Positions 36,802-45,057 of a stretch of DNA of 64,000 bases are shown piece by piece. Each line of letters opens with the position of its first letter. Position 1 is the stretch's first letter. The stretch is from Crenarchaeota archaeon 13_1_40CM_3_52_17 (lineage in GTDB: Archaea > Thermoproteota > Bathyarchaeia > 40CM-2-53-6): positions 2,435-66,434 of the forward strand of contig MNGN01000053.1 in assembly GCA_001918745.1 (NCBI GenBank), in the 5' to 3' direction. The position numbers and the translations under genes are program-made. The notes under the pieces were generated by a model. It worked only from the letters and a program-made list of their open reading frames with translations. It did no database searches and was not told the DNA's origin.

Positions 36802-38097
36802 CTAGAACGTCCTCGCTCCAGCAAGAAGATCGCGGACCAAGCTAATTGTGGAGACCTTGCCTTTCGTCTGTGCCCTCAGCTCTTTGTAGATTTTTCGCTT
36901 TCCGCTTCCATCAACGCGATAGACTGCTTCTGCAGCATTGCAAACCAGTTCGGGGTAGACGTTGTAGAGCCTGTTGTTTCGCAAGTATCTTGGCACTTTG
37001 CTGAAGGTATACATGTCTTTGAGAGCGGGCTCCTCTCTCAGCTTTCGCTCATAGGCTTTGAGGGATTGAGCTGAGTAGTCCTTTCTCTTGCGAGCCTCAA
37101 GAATCGTTTGGGCCGCAGCAATGCCTGAGACAATTGCCATGTCGACCCCTCTGAAAGTGTAGCCGTTATTGAGCAGGTGTCCGGCTGCGTCTCCGGCTAT
37201 AATCATGCCCCCTGTGTAGGGTCTTGTCAACATCTTAGGCCCAGCCTCTGGAATCATGTGAGCGTCGTATTCGATTGTCTTCCCGTCTCTTATGAGCCGT
37301 CTGACCTTGCGGTTTTTACGCAGTCTATCCATGAGTGTGTGCGATGGGACTGCCTTCAATGACGCGTCATCAGCCCCGACGACCATTCCCAAGGCCAAAC
37401 TGTCCTTGTTGGTGTAGAGAAAGCCCCCACCTCGAAGTCCGCCCGAACATTCGCCAACGAACACATGGGCTGCACCTTCTTCTGGTTCGAGTCCAAATCG
37501 TTCTTCAATCTTCTCGACTGGAAGTTCAATCACATCTTTCATCCCCATTGATACTTCCTCAGGCTTCATCATGGTCGATAGACCAGCCTTTCGGGCGAGG
37601 CTCGTAGTAGTTCCATCGCATGCAATTACTGCTTCCGTCGGAATCTTGTCTTGACCTGCGATTATTCCTTTGACAGTTCCACGGTCGAGTACAAGGTCGT
37701 CGACTCTTGAGTCCGTGATAAGAGATGCTCCTGCTTTCTCAGCTTGCTCAGCCAGCCACTTGTCAAACTTGGCTCGGACAGAAGTGAAGCTTCCCGTCGG
37801 ATCCTTCGATTCATACTCGATGCTGAATGAGCTGTCTGCCGTCATGAATGTGATTCCCTCCTTTCTAACGAAGCGTTCTATCGGAGCGTTCTTCCATCGC
37901 TCTCCAAGCAAACGTTTGAGTGCGTAACTGTAGATTCGTCCTCCAAAGACGTTCTTTGAACCGGGGAAAGCTCCACGTTCAACGAGTAGAACTTGCACCC
38001 CTTCTCTCGCCAGCGTAAGTGCTGCTGCACTTCCCGCAGGTCCAGCTCCAACGACTGCGACTTCGAATCCTTCTAGTGACAACTCTGCCGCTTTCAC
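36802..38097 (-). CDS. fixC: FAD-dependent oxidoreductase FixC (ETF-linked dehydrogenase)
   Basis: 431 aa with an N-terminal VVGAGPAGSAAA dinucleotide fold, GRIYS and DAAG motifs. FixC/ETF-QO-like. Confidence 0.9.
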   Translation of the reverse strand: MKAAELSLEGFEVAVVGAGPAGSAAALTLAREGVQVLLVERGAFPGSKNVFGGRIYSYALKRLLGERWKNAPIERFVRKEGITFMTADSSFSIEYESKDPTGSFTSVRAKFDKWLAEQAEKAGASLITDSRVDDLVLDRGTVKGIIAGQDKIPTEAVIACDGTTTSLARKAGLSTMMKPEEVSMGMKDVIELPVEKIEERFGLEPEEGAAHVFVGECSGGLRGGGFLYTNKDSLALGMVVGADDASLKAVPSHTLMDRLRKNRKVRRLIRDGKTIEYDAHMIPEAGPKMLTRPYTGGMIIAGDAAGHLLNNGYTFRGVDMAIVSGIAAAQTILEARKRKDYSAQSLKAYERKLREEPALKDMYTFSKVPRYLRNNRLYNVYPELVCNAAEAVYRVDGSGKRKIYKELRAQTKGKVSTISLVRDLLAGARTF

Positions 38098-38155
38098 GCC
38101 AGGTTTCGGGGTTTATCGGGTTTGGGTCTAGGCCCATGCACGTGCAGGTCGATAC

Positions 38156-38674
38156 TTAACGCGACTCGCCGTCAATCCCCTTCGACTCTCCGCTGACCCA
38201 TCTTTGCTTCAGCACCTGCTCGATCAAATCCACCGCTCGTTTGATCTGTCTCTGCATTGCCATCGGATCGTAACCAACTGGTGGCTTGCTGTCGAGGTAT
38301 CTTCTGTACATGTCGAAGTCTAGGAATTTCTTGCTCGTCTCGAATATCGCCATTAGCGCGGGAGAGTCCATCTTGTCCAGGTCGGCTCTTCTGCAATGAT
38401 AGAATCCGTTGTCCCTCACGAAGGTTATCTTCTCGTTGCCGACTGAGTCGTTGTAGACGTCCTCCCAGAGGTTTCTATCGATTTCATTCTCCATTGCGTC
38501 GCCAGAAGCTATTCTATCTTCGAATTGTTGATAGAGCCTTGACGCTTCTTGCTCCGAAATTTCAAGCGCCTTTGATACCTGGTCCATTGTGAGACCCTTC
38601 TTCGTCAGATAGTAACATGCTTCCTGCAGATACTGGGAGGAACCGTCATCTTCTTTCTCAGCAGTCAACGGCAA
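38156..38674 (-). CDS. Hypothetical protein with an N-terminal HTH-like segment
   Basis: 172 aa. LTKKGLTMDQVSKALEISEQEASRLYQQF resembles a sigma-region-4-type HTH. Rest unrecognised. Confidence 0.45.
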   Translation of the reverse strand: MPLTAEKEDDGSSQYLQEACYYLTKKGLTMDQVSKALEISEQEASRLYQQFEDRIASGDAMENEIDRNLWEDVYNDSVGNEKITFVRDNGFYHCRRADLDKMDSPALMAIFETSKKFLDFDMYRRYLDSKPPVGYDPMAMQRQIKRAVDLIEQVLKQRWVSGESKGIDGESR

Positions 38675-38683
38675 AGTCAGCTC

Positions 38684-38983
38684 CTATGACCCCTCTGGCC
38701 GTTCGAATGAGCCCTGACTGGTCATGATCCGTTGGAGAGACTGATGTACGATCTTGGCTTGTACTTCAAGCCCGAGATCTACCGATGGGATGCCCATTAC
38801 TCTGCATCTGCTGAGAAGCTTCTTGTCGAGGCTTACCACGATGTATTTGTTTTCCGTTGCGAGGTTGACGACTTCATCGTCAGTTATCCCCGGTCTCACC
38901 TTCCTTGTTGTCCAACCGAGATCTCTAAGATATTCGTCCAACCCGAACAACTGTTCGTCGAGAAGGACTGTGGGTCGCTGCAA
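38684..38983 (-). CDS. Small PIN-like / Mut7-C N-terminal-like (DUF5615-type) protein
   Basis: 99 aa. VLLDEQLFGLDEYLRDLGWTT parallels the LVDGMLGGLARWLRILGYEV start of the Mut7-C protein at 56399..56884. Weak, from-memory assignment. Confidence 0.4.
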   Translation of the reverse strand: MQRPTVLLDEQLFGLDEYLRDLGWTTRKVRPGITDDEVVNLATENKYIVVSLDKKLLSRCRVMGIPSVDLGLEVQAKIVHQSLQRIMTSQGSFERPEGS

Positions 38984-39068
38984 AATACTTGCGCTTCGCT
39001 CTGGTGAGGATCCACGGACGCTTCCTTAGAAGCTTTCGCGGTCGATCGCTTCGTGGAGGAAGAATCTG

Positions 39069-39443
39069 CTATTTCTTGAAATATCTACGGCATTTCCTGC
39101 ATTGGAACCGGTTCTCTGAGATGCTCTTGAGGGGTGCATTGCAGAATGGACATGTATCCAGAATCGCCGGTTTCTCCTCCGATCCCACAAACATTTCTGT
39201 CGTGAGACGGGGTGTCGCGTGTCCTGTTGAGATATGATGTCTTCTTGAATAAGCTGTAAACGAGCCCCCTACAATCGCAGCAAACGCAACTAGTCCAACT
39301 GGTAGGACGAAGCTGGCTGTCGAAAATGTGCTGGCTAGGTAATCCTGCATGAACCTATTGTGAAGGTATTCATCATACAGCCAGCCGGCCAAGAAAATGT
39401 TCAGAGCAAATTGAACTCCTATAACCAATAGTTTTCTTGACAT
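39069..39443 (-). CDS. 2-TM membrane protein with a C-terminal zinc ribbon (paralog of the ORFs at 62711 and 63061)
   Basis: 124 aa with an N-terminal pattern MSRKLLVIGVQFALNIFLAGWLYDEYLHNRF... and a C-terminal CPFCNAPL...CRKCRRYF. Confidence 0.55.
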   Translation of the reverse strand: MSRKLLVIGVQFALNIFLAGWLYDEYLHNRFMQDYLASTFSTASFVLPVGLVAFAAIVGGSFTAYSRRHHISTGHATPRLTTEMFVGSEEKPAILDTCPFCNAPLKSISENRFQCRKCRRYFKK

Positions 39444-39590
39444 TTGGATCGTGGTCGATCAACTCATGAAGAAGCGATGCCCTGTTGCAGCTCTATTATA
39501 CGATCATGGGTTCTCGAAAATAAGTCTGCCCAAAAGTGGGGTGTCCATACGGGACTAGCGTTGTATCTACTGCCGTTCTCCAATGGGGAG

Positions 39591-40874
39591 CTAGCGGTAT
39601 GCTTCGAAGTCTGGTCCGAGGAGGTTTACCGCGATCTTCTGTACCATGATCTCGTCTGTGCCTTCATAGATCCGACAAACCCTAGTGTCGACTAGGTGTC
39701 TGGGTGCCCGTGTTTCAAAACTGTATCCGCTCGAGCCGAATATCTGAACAGTTCTGTCGGCAGCATCAAACGATGCGTTAGAAGCGAAGTATTTTGCTTG
39801 GGCTATGGTAATGTCGGCATGTTCCCGGAGTTCTTTGTTTTCAGGCTGTTCGTCGCTATGTTGCTTGAGTAGTGCAGCTTTGTAAACGAGGTTCTTGGCC
39901 GCCTCCTGATTCGTCGACATGATTCCAATGTGGCGTTGAACGAGCTGGTGCTTGCCGATCGGTTTGCCGTGTTGCATTCGTAGCTTTGAGTATGTGACCG
40001 ATTCCGTGATGCAGTCTTCGATGACACCCAAACACCCTGCGGCAACACTGAGTCTACCACTCATCAGCCCAGAGTAGGCGATTCCGAGACCCTTTCCAGG
40101 GGGGCCGAGCAAATTCTCCTTGGGTACTCTGCAGTTGTCCAGGAAGATTGAGCCAGTGTCTGACGTTGGCATTCCTAGCTTGTGTTTCTGTTGTTGCGCT
40201 GAGTAGCCTTCGAATGCTTTCTCAACTATGAACGCACACATACCATCATGTTTGCCCTTTGGGTATGCGAATACGACTGACGTGTCTGCTATACTGCCGT
40301 TAGAGATCCAAGCCTTGCTTCCATTCAAGATGAAATGAGTTCCTTTGTCCTCAAACGAAGTTCGGAGGGAGGTGGGATCGCTCCCCGCTGTGGGCTCGGT
40401 CAGCCCAAAACACATTACTCGTTCTCCTCTCGTCGCTGGGGGAAGATAGCGCTGCTTCTGATCCTCACTGCCCCACTTCTGAACCGTCAACTGGCCTAGT
40501 GAGATGTGCCCGGACAAAAACGTTCGGACCCCAGTTCCTTCCCGGCCGATTCTCTCCAAAGCAAGGGCATATGTGAGAATGTCCGCTCCCTGGCCCTCAC
40601 CATACCGTCTCGATATTGGAAGCCCGAGGAGTTGGGCTTTCTTGAAAATGGGAACAAGATGTTCGTTGAACCTGCTCGCTAAGTAAGCCTGGTCTTCTAA
40701 CGGGCGGAGCTCCCGGCAAGCCCGGTCAACTTCGTCTAGGACAAGCTTCTGTTCCTCTGAAACGTCGAAATTCATCTTGGAGAGATCTTCAGTGCCTGAG
40801 TCTACGCTCGCTTTCAATCGAAACGAACTCTCGTTACTCTCGTCCTTAATGTCAGTTTTGTCAAAAGAGATCAC
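39591..40874 (-). CDS. Acyl-CoA dehydrogenase (glutaryl-CoA dehydrogenase-like)
   Basis: 427 aa with GLTEPTAGSDP, a typical ACAD middle beta-domain and a C-terminal YEGTDEI. An internal ATG at 40775 (MNFDVSEEQ...) would give a more typical length of about 394 aa. Confidence 0.9.
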   Translation of the reverse strand: MISFDKTDIKDESNESSFRLKASVDSGTEDLSKMNFDVSEEQKLVLDEVDRACRELRPLEDQAYLASRFNEHLVPIFKKAQLLGLPISRRYGEGQGADILTYALALERIGREGTGVRTFLSGHISLGQLTVQKWGSEDQKQRYLPPATRGERVMCFGLTEPTAGSDPTSLRTSFEDKGTHFILNGSKAWISNGSIADTSVVFAYPKGKHDGMCAFIVEKAFEGYSAQQQKHKLGMPTSDTGSIFLDNCRVPKENLLGPPGKGLGIAYSGLMSGRLSVAAGCLGVIEDCITESVTYSKLRMQHGKPIGKHQLVQRHIGIMSTNQEAAKNLVYKAALLKQHSDEQPENKELREHADITIAQAKYFASNASFDAADRTVQIFGSSGYSFETRAPRHLVDTRVCRIYEGTDEIMVQKIAVNLLGPDFEAYR

Positions 40875-40967
40875 CGTAAAGTCTTCAGTTGATGCGTAGC
40901 AATAGTTTTCGCAATCTCTAGCGGATATCAGTTAGGGACATACTATGATTGTTAGGCGGTTCGTCGT

Positions 40968-41261
40968 ATGAGCCTGTTACGCTGGGATGAGGGGAGTGAC
41001 TCCGACCAGGTGACGTGTCTGTGGGATAACGCGTTGGTTGGCCACCGCAAAATCCTTGCCTGGCAATGGGCCAAGCTACCACGCTACAGGCGTGAGGGGG
41101 CGGTTGAGGTTCGACCGTTCCCTGCCAAGAAGAGACTACTCGTCTCTGAGGCGCAAGGGCTCTCAGGTGAAGCAGTGAAGGGGAACCCGCCGACGACGGT
41201 AATCCCCGGAGTCGATGAGAGCAAGCCGAGTGCAAAAACATACCGAACACTAGGCAGAACC
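40968..41261 (+). pseudogene. tnpB: Decayed 3' fragment of a TnpB element (third TnpB-related locus); boundaries approximate
   Basis: The frame of tracked ORF 40968.. reads ...GEAVKGNPPTTVIPGVDESKPS, parallel to ...NEVVKGNPMTMAIPGVDDGQSS at the C-terminus of the TnpB relic at 62141. Nucleotide blocks GGTGAAGC / GGGGAACCC / AATCCCNGGAGTCGATGA / GCAAGCYGAGT / CAGAACC are shared with both other TnpB 3' ends. Confidence 0.5.
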
Positions 41262-41311
41262 TCAAAACGTTATATCACCGGCCAAATGTTTCCGTTTGCG
41301 CGACACTCGCT

Positions 41312-41476
41312 TTGCCAATTCAAGTTGATGAAGAGGACATCCCTTTCTTTGCCGAAGTAATAGCAGGTGGAAGGATAACGATCCCTGAAGAGATTCGGAA
41401 AATCTTCGGAGTCAAAGACGGTGACCATGTCATGTGCAGAGTAAGGCTCGTAAAGCGAGCTGAAGACGTCAAATAA
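41312..41476 (+). CDS. AbrB/SpoVT-type small DNA-binding protein (below the ORF-track size cutoff)
   Basis: Hand translation gives (TTG)PIQVDEEDIPFFAEVIAGGRITIPEEIRKIFGVKDGDHVMCRVRLVKRAEDVK*, 54 aa. GRITIPxEIRxxxGxKxGD is the SpoVT/AbrB swapped-hairpin signature. Confidence 0.5.
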   Translation: MPIQVDEEDIPFFAEVIAGGRITIPEEIRKIFGVKDGDHVMCRVRLVKRAEDVK

Positions 41477-41570
41477 CGCTCTATTTGGGCCCGCGCGGGC
41501 CCCTGCGTGGATTCCTATTTCTGACAATCTTAAATAACATCGCTAGGCTCCGCTCTTCTCAGAGCCCTAG

Positions 41571-42596
41571 TTGACACTGGCCGTCTCCGATCCTACGAGA
41601 ATAATTGACGGCTTTCAGGATAAGACAATCTTGGTCTTGGGGGACCTGATGGTCGACCGTTATGTTCGTTCTCAAGGCCGAAAACTCTCGAGAGAAGCAC
41701 CTGTCCCTGTAGCGGATTTTGTCTCCGAGGAACTTGTGCTCGGAGGTGCTGCGAACCTGGCCAACAACCTGGTCGCGCTCGGGGCGAAAGTTCGGTTGCT
41801 GGGCGTCGTGGGAAATGATGAGCCAGGAAAGTGGATCCAAGAAGAGCTTGAGAAGAAGGGGGTTGACATCTCAGGCACCGTTGTGAATAGCCGCCCGACA
41901 AGCCTGAAAACCCGATTTATTCTGAACCATCGCCAGTACCTGAGGATTGACAAGGAATCACGGACTGACGTTGAGTCGCATGTGACGAAACAATTCCTCT
42001 ACTCTCTAGACGATCTCCTGGAGAACGCGGACGGCGTCGTCTTCTCCGACTACGATAAGGGCGTCATAACTCCCGAACTCATAAGCAATGTCGTCGAAGA
42101 GTGCCGAGTCCAAGAGAAAAAAATCGTCGCTCAGCCAAAGGTTCGGCATTACCTCGACTACGTCGGGGTTTCAATGGTGAAGTCCAACGTGCGCGAGGCC
42201 ACGATAGCAACTGGCGTTTCCATGGTCAATGATACCTCGCTGAGAAACATGGGCCACAACCTCATGACGCGGCTGGAGTGTGGGAGCCTCCTCCTCACTC
42301 GAAGCGAACAAGGGATGATTCTCTTTGAGAAGAAGAATATCACGAGTTTTCCGCCTTTCAAGGGTCCCAAGCCCGGATTCAACGCCGTCGGTGTAAGAGA
42401 TTGTATGACCGCCGTACTTGCCATGTCAATCGTCAGTGAGGCGCCGATCGGAGAGGCTGTATTGCTCGCCGGACTTGCAGCAGCGCAGCACGCGGATAAT
42501 CTTGGTACTGTCGTTGTAGACCTGAACGATCTTAGATCTCAAGCTAGTACAACACTTGAGCTTGCAGAACAGATAGTTCAGGTTCCGGTCCACTGA
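41571..42596 (+). CDS. PfkB-family carbohydrate kinase (RfaE domain I-like)
   Basis: 341 aa with ILVLGDLMVDRY and GGAANLANNL, plus a C-terminal DxxGAGD-like motif (AVGVRD). Confidence 0.8.
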   Translation: MTLAVSDPTRIIDGFQDKTILVLGDLMVDRYVRSQGRKLSREAPVPVADFVSEELVLGGAANLANNLVALGAKVRLLGVVGNDEPGKWIQEELEKKGVDISGTVVNSRPTSLKTRFILNHRQYLRIDKESRTDVESHVTKQFLYSLDDLLENADGVVFSDYDKGVITPELISNVVEECRVQEKKIVAQPKVRHYLDYVGVSMVKSNVREATIATGVSMVNDTSLRNMGHNLMTRLECGSLLLTRSEQGMILFEKKNITSFPPFKGPKPGFNAVGVRDCMTAVLAMSIVSEAPIGEAVLLAGLAAAQHADNLGTVVVDLNDLRSQASTTLELAEQIVQVPVH

Positions 42597-42598
42597 TC

Positions 42599-43426
42599 AT
42601 GGAAGAGCAGTCGATCCCTATCGGTATGCTTCTGCAGAAAGCGGCTAAGATCCGAGCTCACATTCTTGAGATGGTGGCGGAGGCAAAGTCAGGTCATCCA
42701 GGCGGAAGCCTCTCAGCTGTCGAAATTCTTGTCTCTCTCTTCTTTTACAAGATGCGTCATGACCCTAAGCGTCCAGATTGGCCCGACCGTGACAGATTCG
42801 TTCTGTCGAAGGGGCACGCTGCCCCAGTCCTGTATTCGACCCTCGCTGAGGCTGGGTATCTTCCAACTAGCGAACTGAAGACTCTTAGGAAGATCAATAG
42901 CCGTCTGCAAGGACATCCTGATCATAGAGTTCCCGGCGTAGAGTTTCCTGGAGGCTCCCTGGGAATCGGTCTTTCGGCCGCTATCGGCATGGCTCTCGCC
43001 GGAAAGGTGGACAAGAAGGAATATCGAGTCTACGCGCTCCTCGGCGACGGAGAGCTTGATGAGGGAGAGACCTGGGAGGCGGCGATGGCTGCGCCGAAAT
43101 TCAAACTTGACAATCTAACCGCGATCGTGGACCGGAACGGGATTCAGCAAGACGGTCTAACCGAACAAATCATGCCGATGGAACCTGTAGGATACAAGTG
43201 GAAGGCGTTCAATTGGCATGTCCTGGAGGTAGACGGTTTCGACTTTCGTCAAGTAATCGACGCCTTGGAAAAAGCGGAAAGCATGAGAAACAGACCGACC
43301 GTGATCATCGCCCATACCATCAAAGGGAAAGGAGTCTCCTTCATGGAATGGGACCCTGCATACCACGGTAAAGCACCAGACAAGGACACTGTCCGTAAGC
43401 TCGTAAAGACGATGTTGGAAGAATGA
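42599..43426 (+). CDS. tkt: Transketolase, N-terminal (TPP-binding) subunit
   Basis: 275 aa with SGHPGGSLS, SKGHAAP and GDGELDEG motifs. Confidence 0.95.
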   Translation: MEEQSIPIGMLLQKAAKIRAHILEMVAEAKSGHPGGSLSAVEILVSLFFYKMRHDPKRPDWPDRDRFVLSKGHAAPVLYSTLAEAGYLPTSELKTLRKINSRLQGHPDHRVPGVEFPGGSLGIGLSAAIGMALAGKVDKKEYRVYALLGDGELDEGETWEAAMAAPKFKLDNLTAIVDRNGIQQDGLTEQIMPMEPVGYKWKAFNWHVLEVDGFDFRQVIDALEKAESMRNRPTVIIAHTIKGKGVSFMEWDPAYHGKAPDKDTVRKLVKTMLEE

Positions 43427-44109
43427 GCGGAGTCAAAATCGCACCCTCGATTCTTGCGGCTGACCATTCAGACCTGAAGGGTGAGATCGGGAGAGTGGAG
43501 GAAGCAGGCGCAGACATGATTCACGTAGACGTTACAGATGGACACTTCGCTCCCAACATAAGTCTGGGTCCAGACACTGTCAGGGCTATTCGCAAAGTGA
43601 CAAGACTCCCGCTCGACATTCACTTGATGATTACAAACCCGGAAAAATTCTACGAGCCCTTTCTCTCCGCAGGTGGCGACATCATAACGGTGCATGCAGA
43701 GGCTGCCGGCCGCTTGCTTCTTCACAAGTTGTCAAAGGAGATTCATCAGAAGGACAAGAAATTGGGTCTTGCGCTGAAGCCGTCCACGTCTATTCCATCT
43801 TGGCTAAGCAGAGAAACGACCCCCTTTGACGTTGTTCTCATCCTTTCTGTCAACCCGGGATTCCCGGGTCAAGCGTTCATGCAGAGCGTTCTGCCCAAAG
43901 TAAGGAAAATCGCAAAGCTAGCTGACTCAGGAGGATTAGATGTGGAAGTTGACGGGGGAGTGGACCAGGAGAACGCATCGACAATAGTTGAGGCAGGAGC
44001 TACCATATTGGTAGCGGGAGCCTCCATCTTTCGGAAAGGTGATGTTAAATCCGCTCTCCAAAACATGAGAGCCGTCACTCAAAGGACTAGAAGAGAGGTT
44101 CCAGCATAA
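43423..44109 (+). CDS. rpe: Ribulose-phosphate 3-epimerase
   Basis: 228 aa with IAPSILAAD, HVDVTDGHF and VNPGFPGQ motifs. Sits between the two transketolase halves. Confidence 0.95.
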   Translation: MSGVKIAPSILAADHSDLKGEIGRVEEAGADMIHVDVTDGHFAPNISLGPDTVRAIRKVTRLPLDIHLMITNPEKFYEPFLSAGGDIITVHAEAAGRLLLHKLSKEIHQKDKKLGLALKPSTSIPSWLSRETTPFDVVLILSVNPGFPGQAFMQSVLPKVRKIAKLADSGGLDVEVDGGVDQENASTIVEAGATILVAGASIFRKGDVKSALQNMRAVTQRTRREVPA

Positions 44110-45050
44110 TGCTCGTCCAGCTAGCTTCAATGCGTGATGCGTACGCTGAGGTTCTACTAGAGCTAGGTCAAGAAGACCCTAGAGTCGTTGTTCTGGGCGC
44201 GGACACGTCCGTATCCATTAAGACCAGCTTGTTTGGAGATCGTTACCCCGATCGATTCTTCAATGTCGGAATTGCCGAGGCCAACATGATGGGCATTGCG
44301 GCAGGGCTCGCGCTTGCCGGGAAGATACCCTTTGTCACAACCTACGCAGCGTTCGTGCCCGGTAAATGCCTAGACCAGATTCGCAACGCAATCGCCTATC
44401 CCAATCTCAACGTGAAGATCGTCTCATCCCATGGCGGACTGACAGTTGGGCCAGATGGTGCGTCCCATCAAACGATAGAAGATGTAGCAACGATGAGAGC
44501 TGTACCCCGAATGCACGTTGTCGTCCCCGCCGACGCTCCCTCTACCAAATCCTTGGTTGCCCAGGCATGCAGGACCCTCGGTCCCTTCTACATCCGTCTC
44601 AGTAGGCCAAGCGTTCCCACGATTTACTCGGCGTCCAAAGATGTTGAGGTCGGAAAAGCCAAGATGCTGAGGGAAGGATCCGACATTGGCATCATAGCCT
44701 GTGGCATAATGGTTAACGAGGCAATGGAGGCCGCTGAAACCCTCTCGAAGACAGGCATCTCAGCGGAGGTTGTTGACTCCCACACTGTGAAGCCCCTGGA
44801 TTCCGAGACAATTGTTCGAGTTGCAAGGAAGACTGGTGCGCTTGTAACTGCTGAGGAGCAGAATGTGATCGGTGGCTTAGGTGGAGCGGTTGCCGAGGCC
44901 ATTACTGAATCACATCCGGTTCCCATCTCGAGAGTTGGAGTCAGGGATACTTTCGGAGAGTCAGGTGAACACCAAGAACTCATGGTCAAGTACGGTCTGA
45001 CATCAAAGGAAATAGCTCGTGCCGCAAAACAGCTAATCAAATCTAGGTGA
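44109..45050 (+). CDS. tkt: Transketolase, C-terminal (pyrimidine-binding) subunit
   Basis: 313 aa with FFNVGIAEANMMG and GASHQTIEDVA motifs. Confidence 0.95.
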   Translation: MLVQLASMRDAYAEVLLELGQEDPRVVVLGADTSVSIKTSLFGDRYPDRFFNVGIAEANMMGIAAGLALAGKIPFVTTYAAFVPGKCLDQIRNAIAYPNLNVKIVSSHGGLTVGPDGASHQTIEDVATMRAVPRMHVVVPADAPSTKSLVAQACRTLGPFYIRLSRPSVPTIYSASKDVEVGKAKMLREGSDIGIIACGIMVNEAMEAAETLSKTGISAEVVDSHTVKPLDSETIVRVARKTGALVTAEEQNVIGGLGGAVAEAITESHPVPISRVGVRDTFGESGEHQELMVKYGLTSKEIARAAKQLIKSR

Positions 45051-45057
45051 TGGATTC

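Noticed and set aside
40980-41270. Short motifs in co-linear order reminiscent of RNase P RNA conserved regions (GAGGGGAGTGACTCC, GGGATAACGCG, CCACCGCAAAA, GAGCAAGCCGAG, GCAGAACC)
   Set aside because: The universally conserved GGAAAGUCC is not intact, and the expected P8-type hairpin cannot form. The same blocks instead recur at the 3' ends of the two TnpB genes in this window, so a TnpB remnant or right end explains them better.
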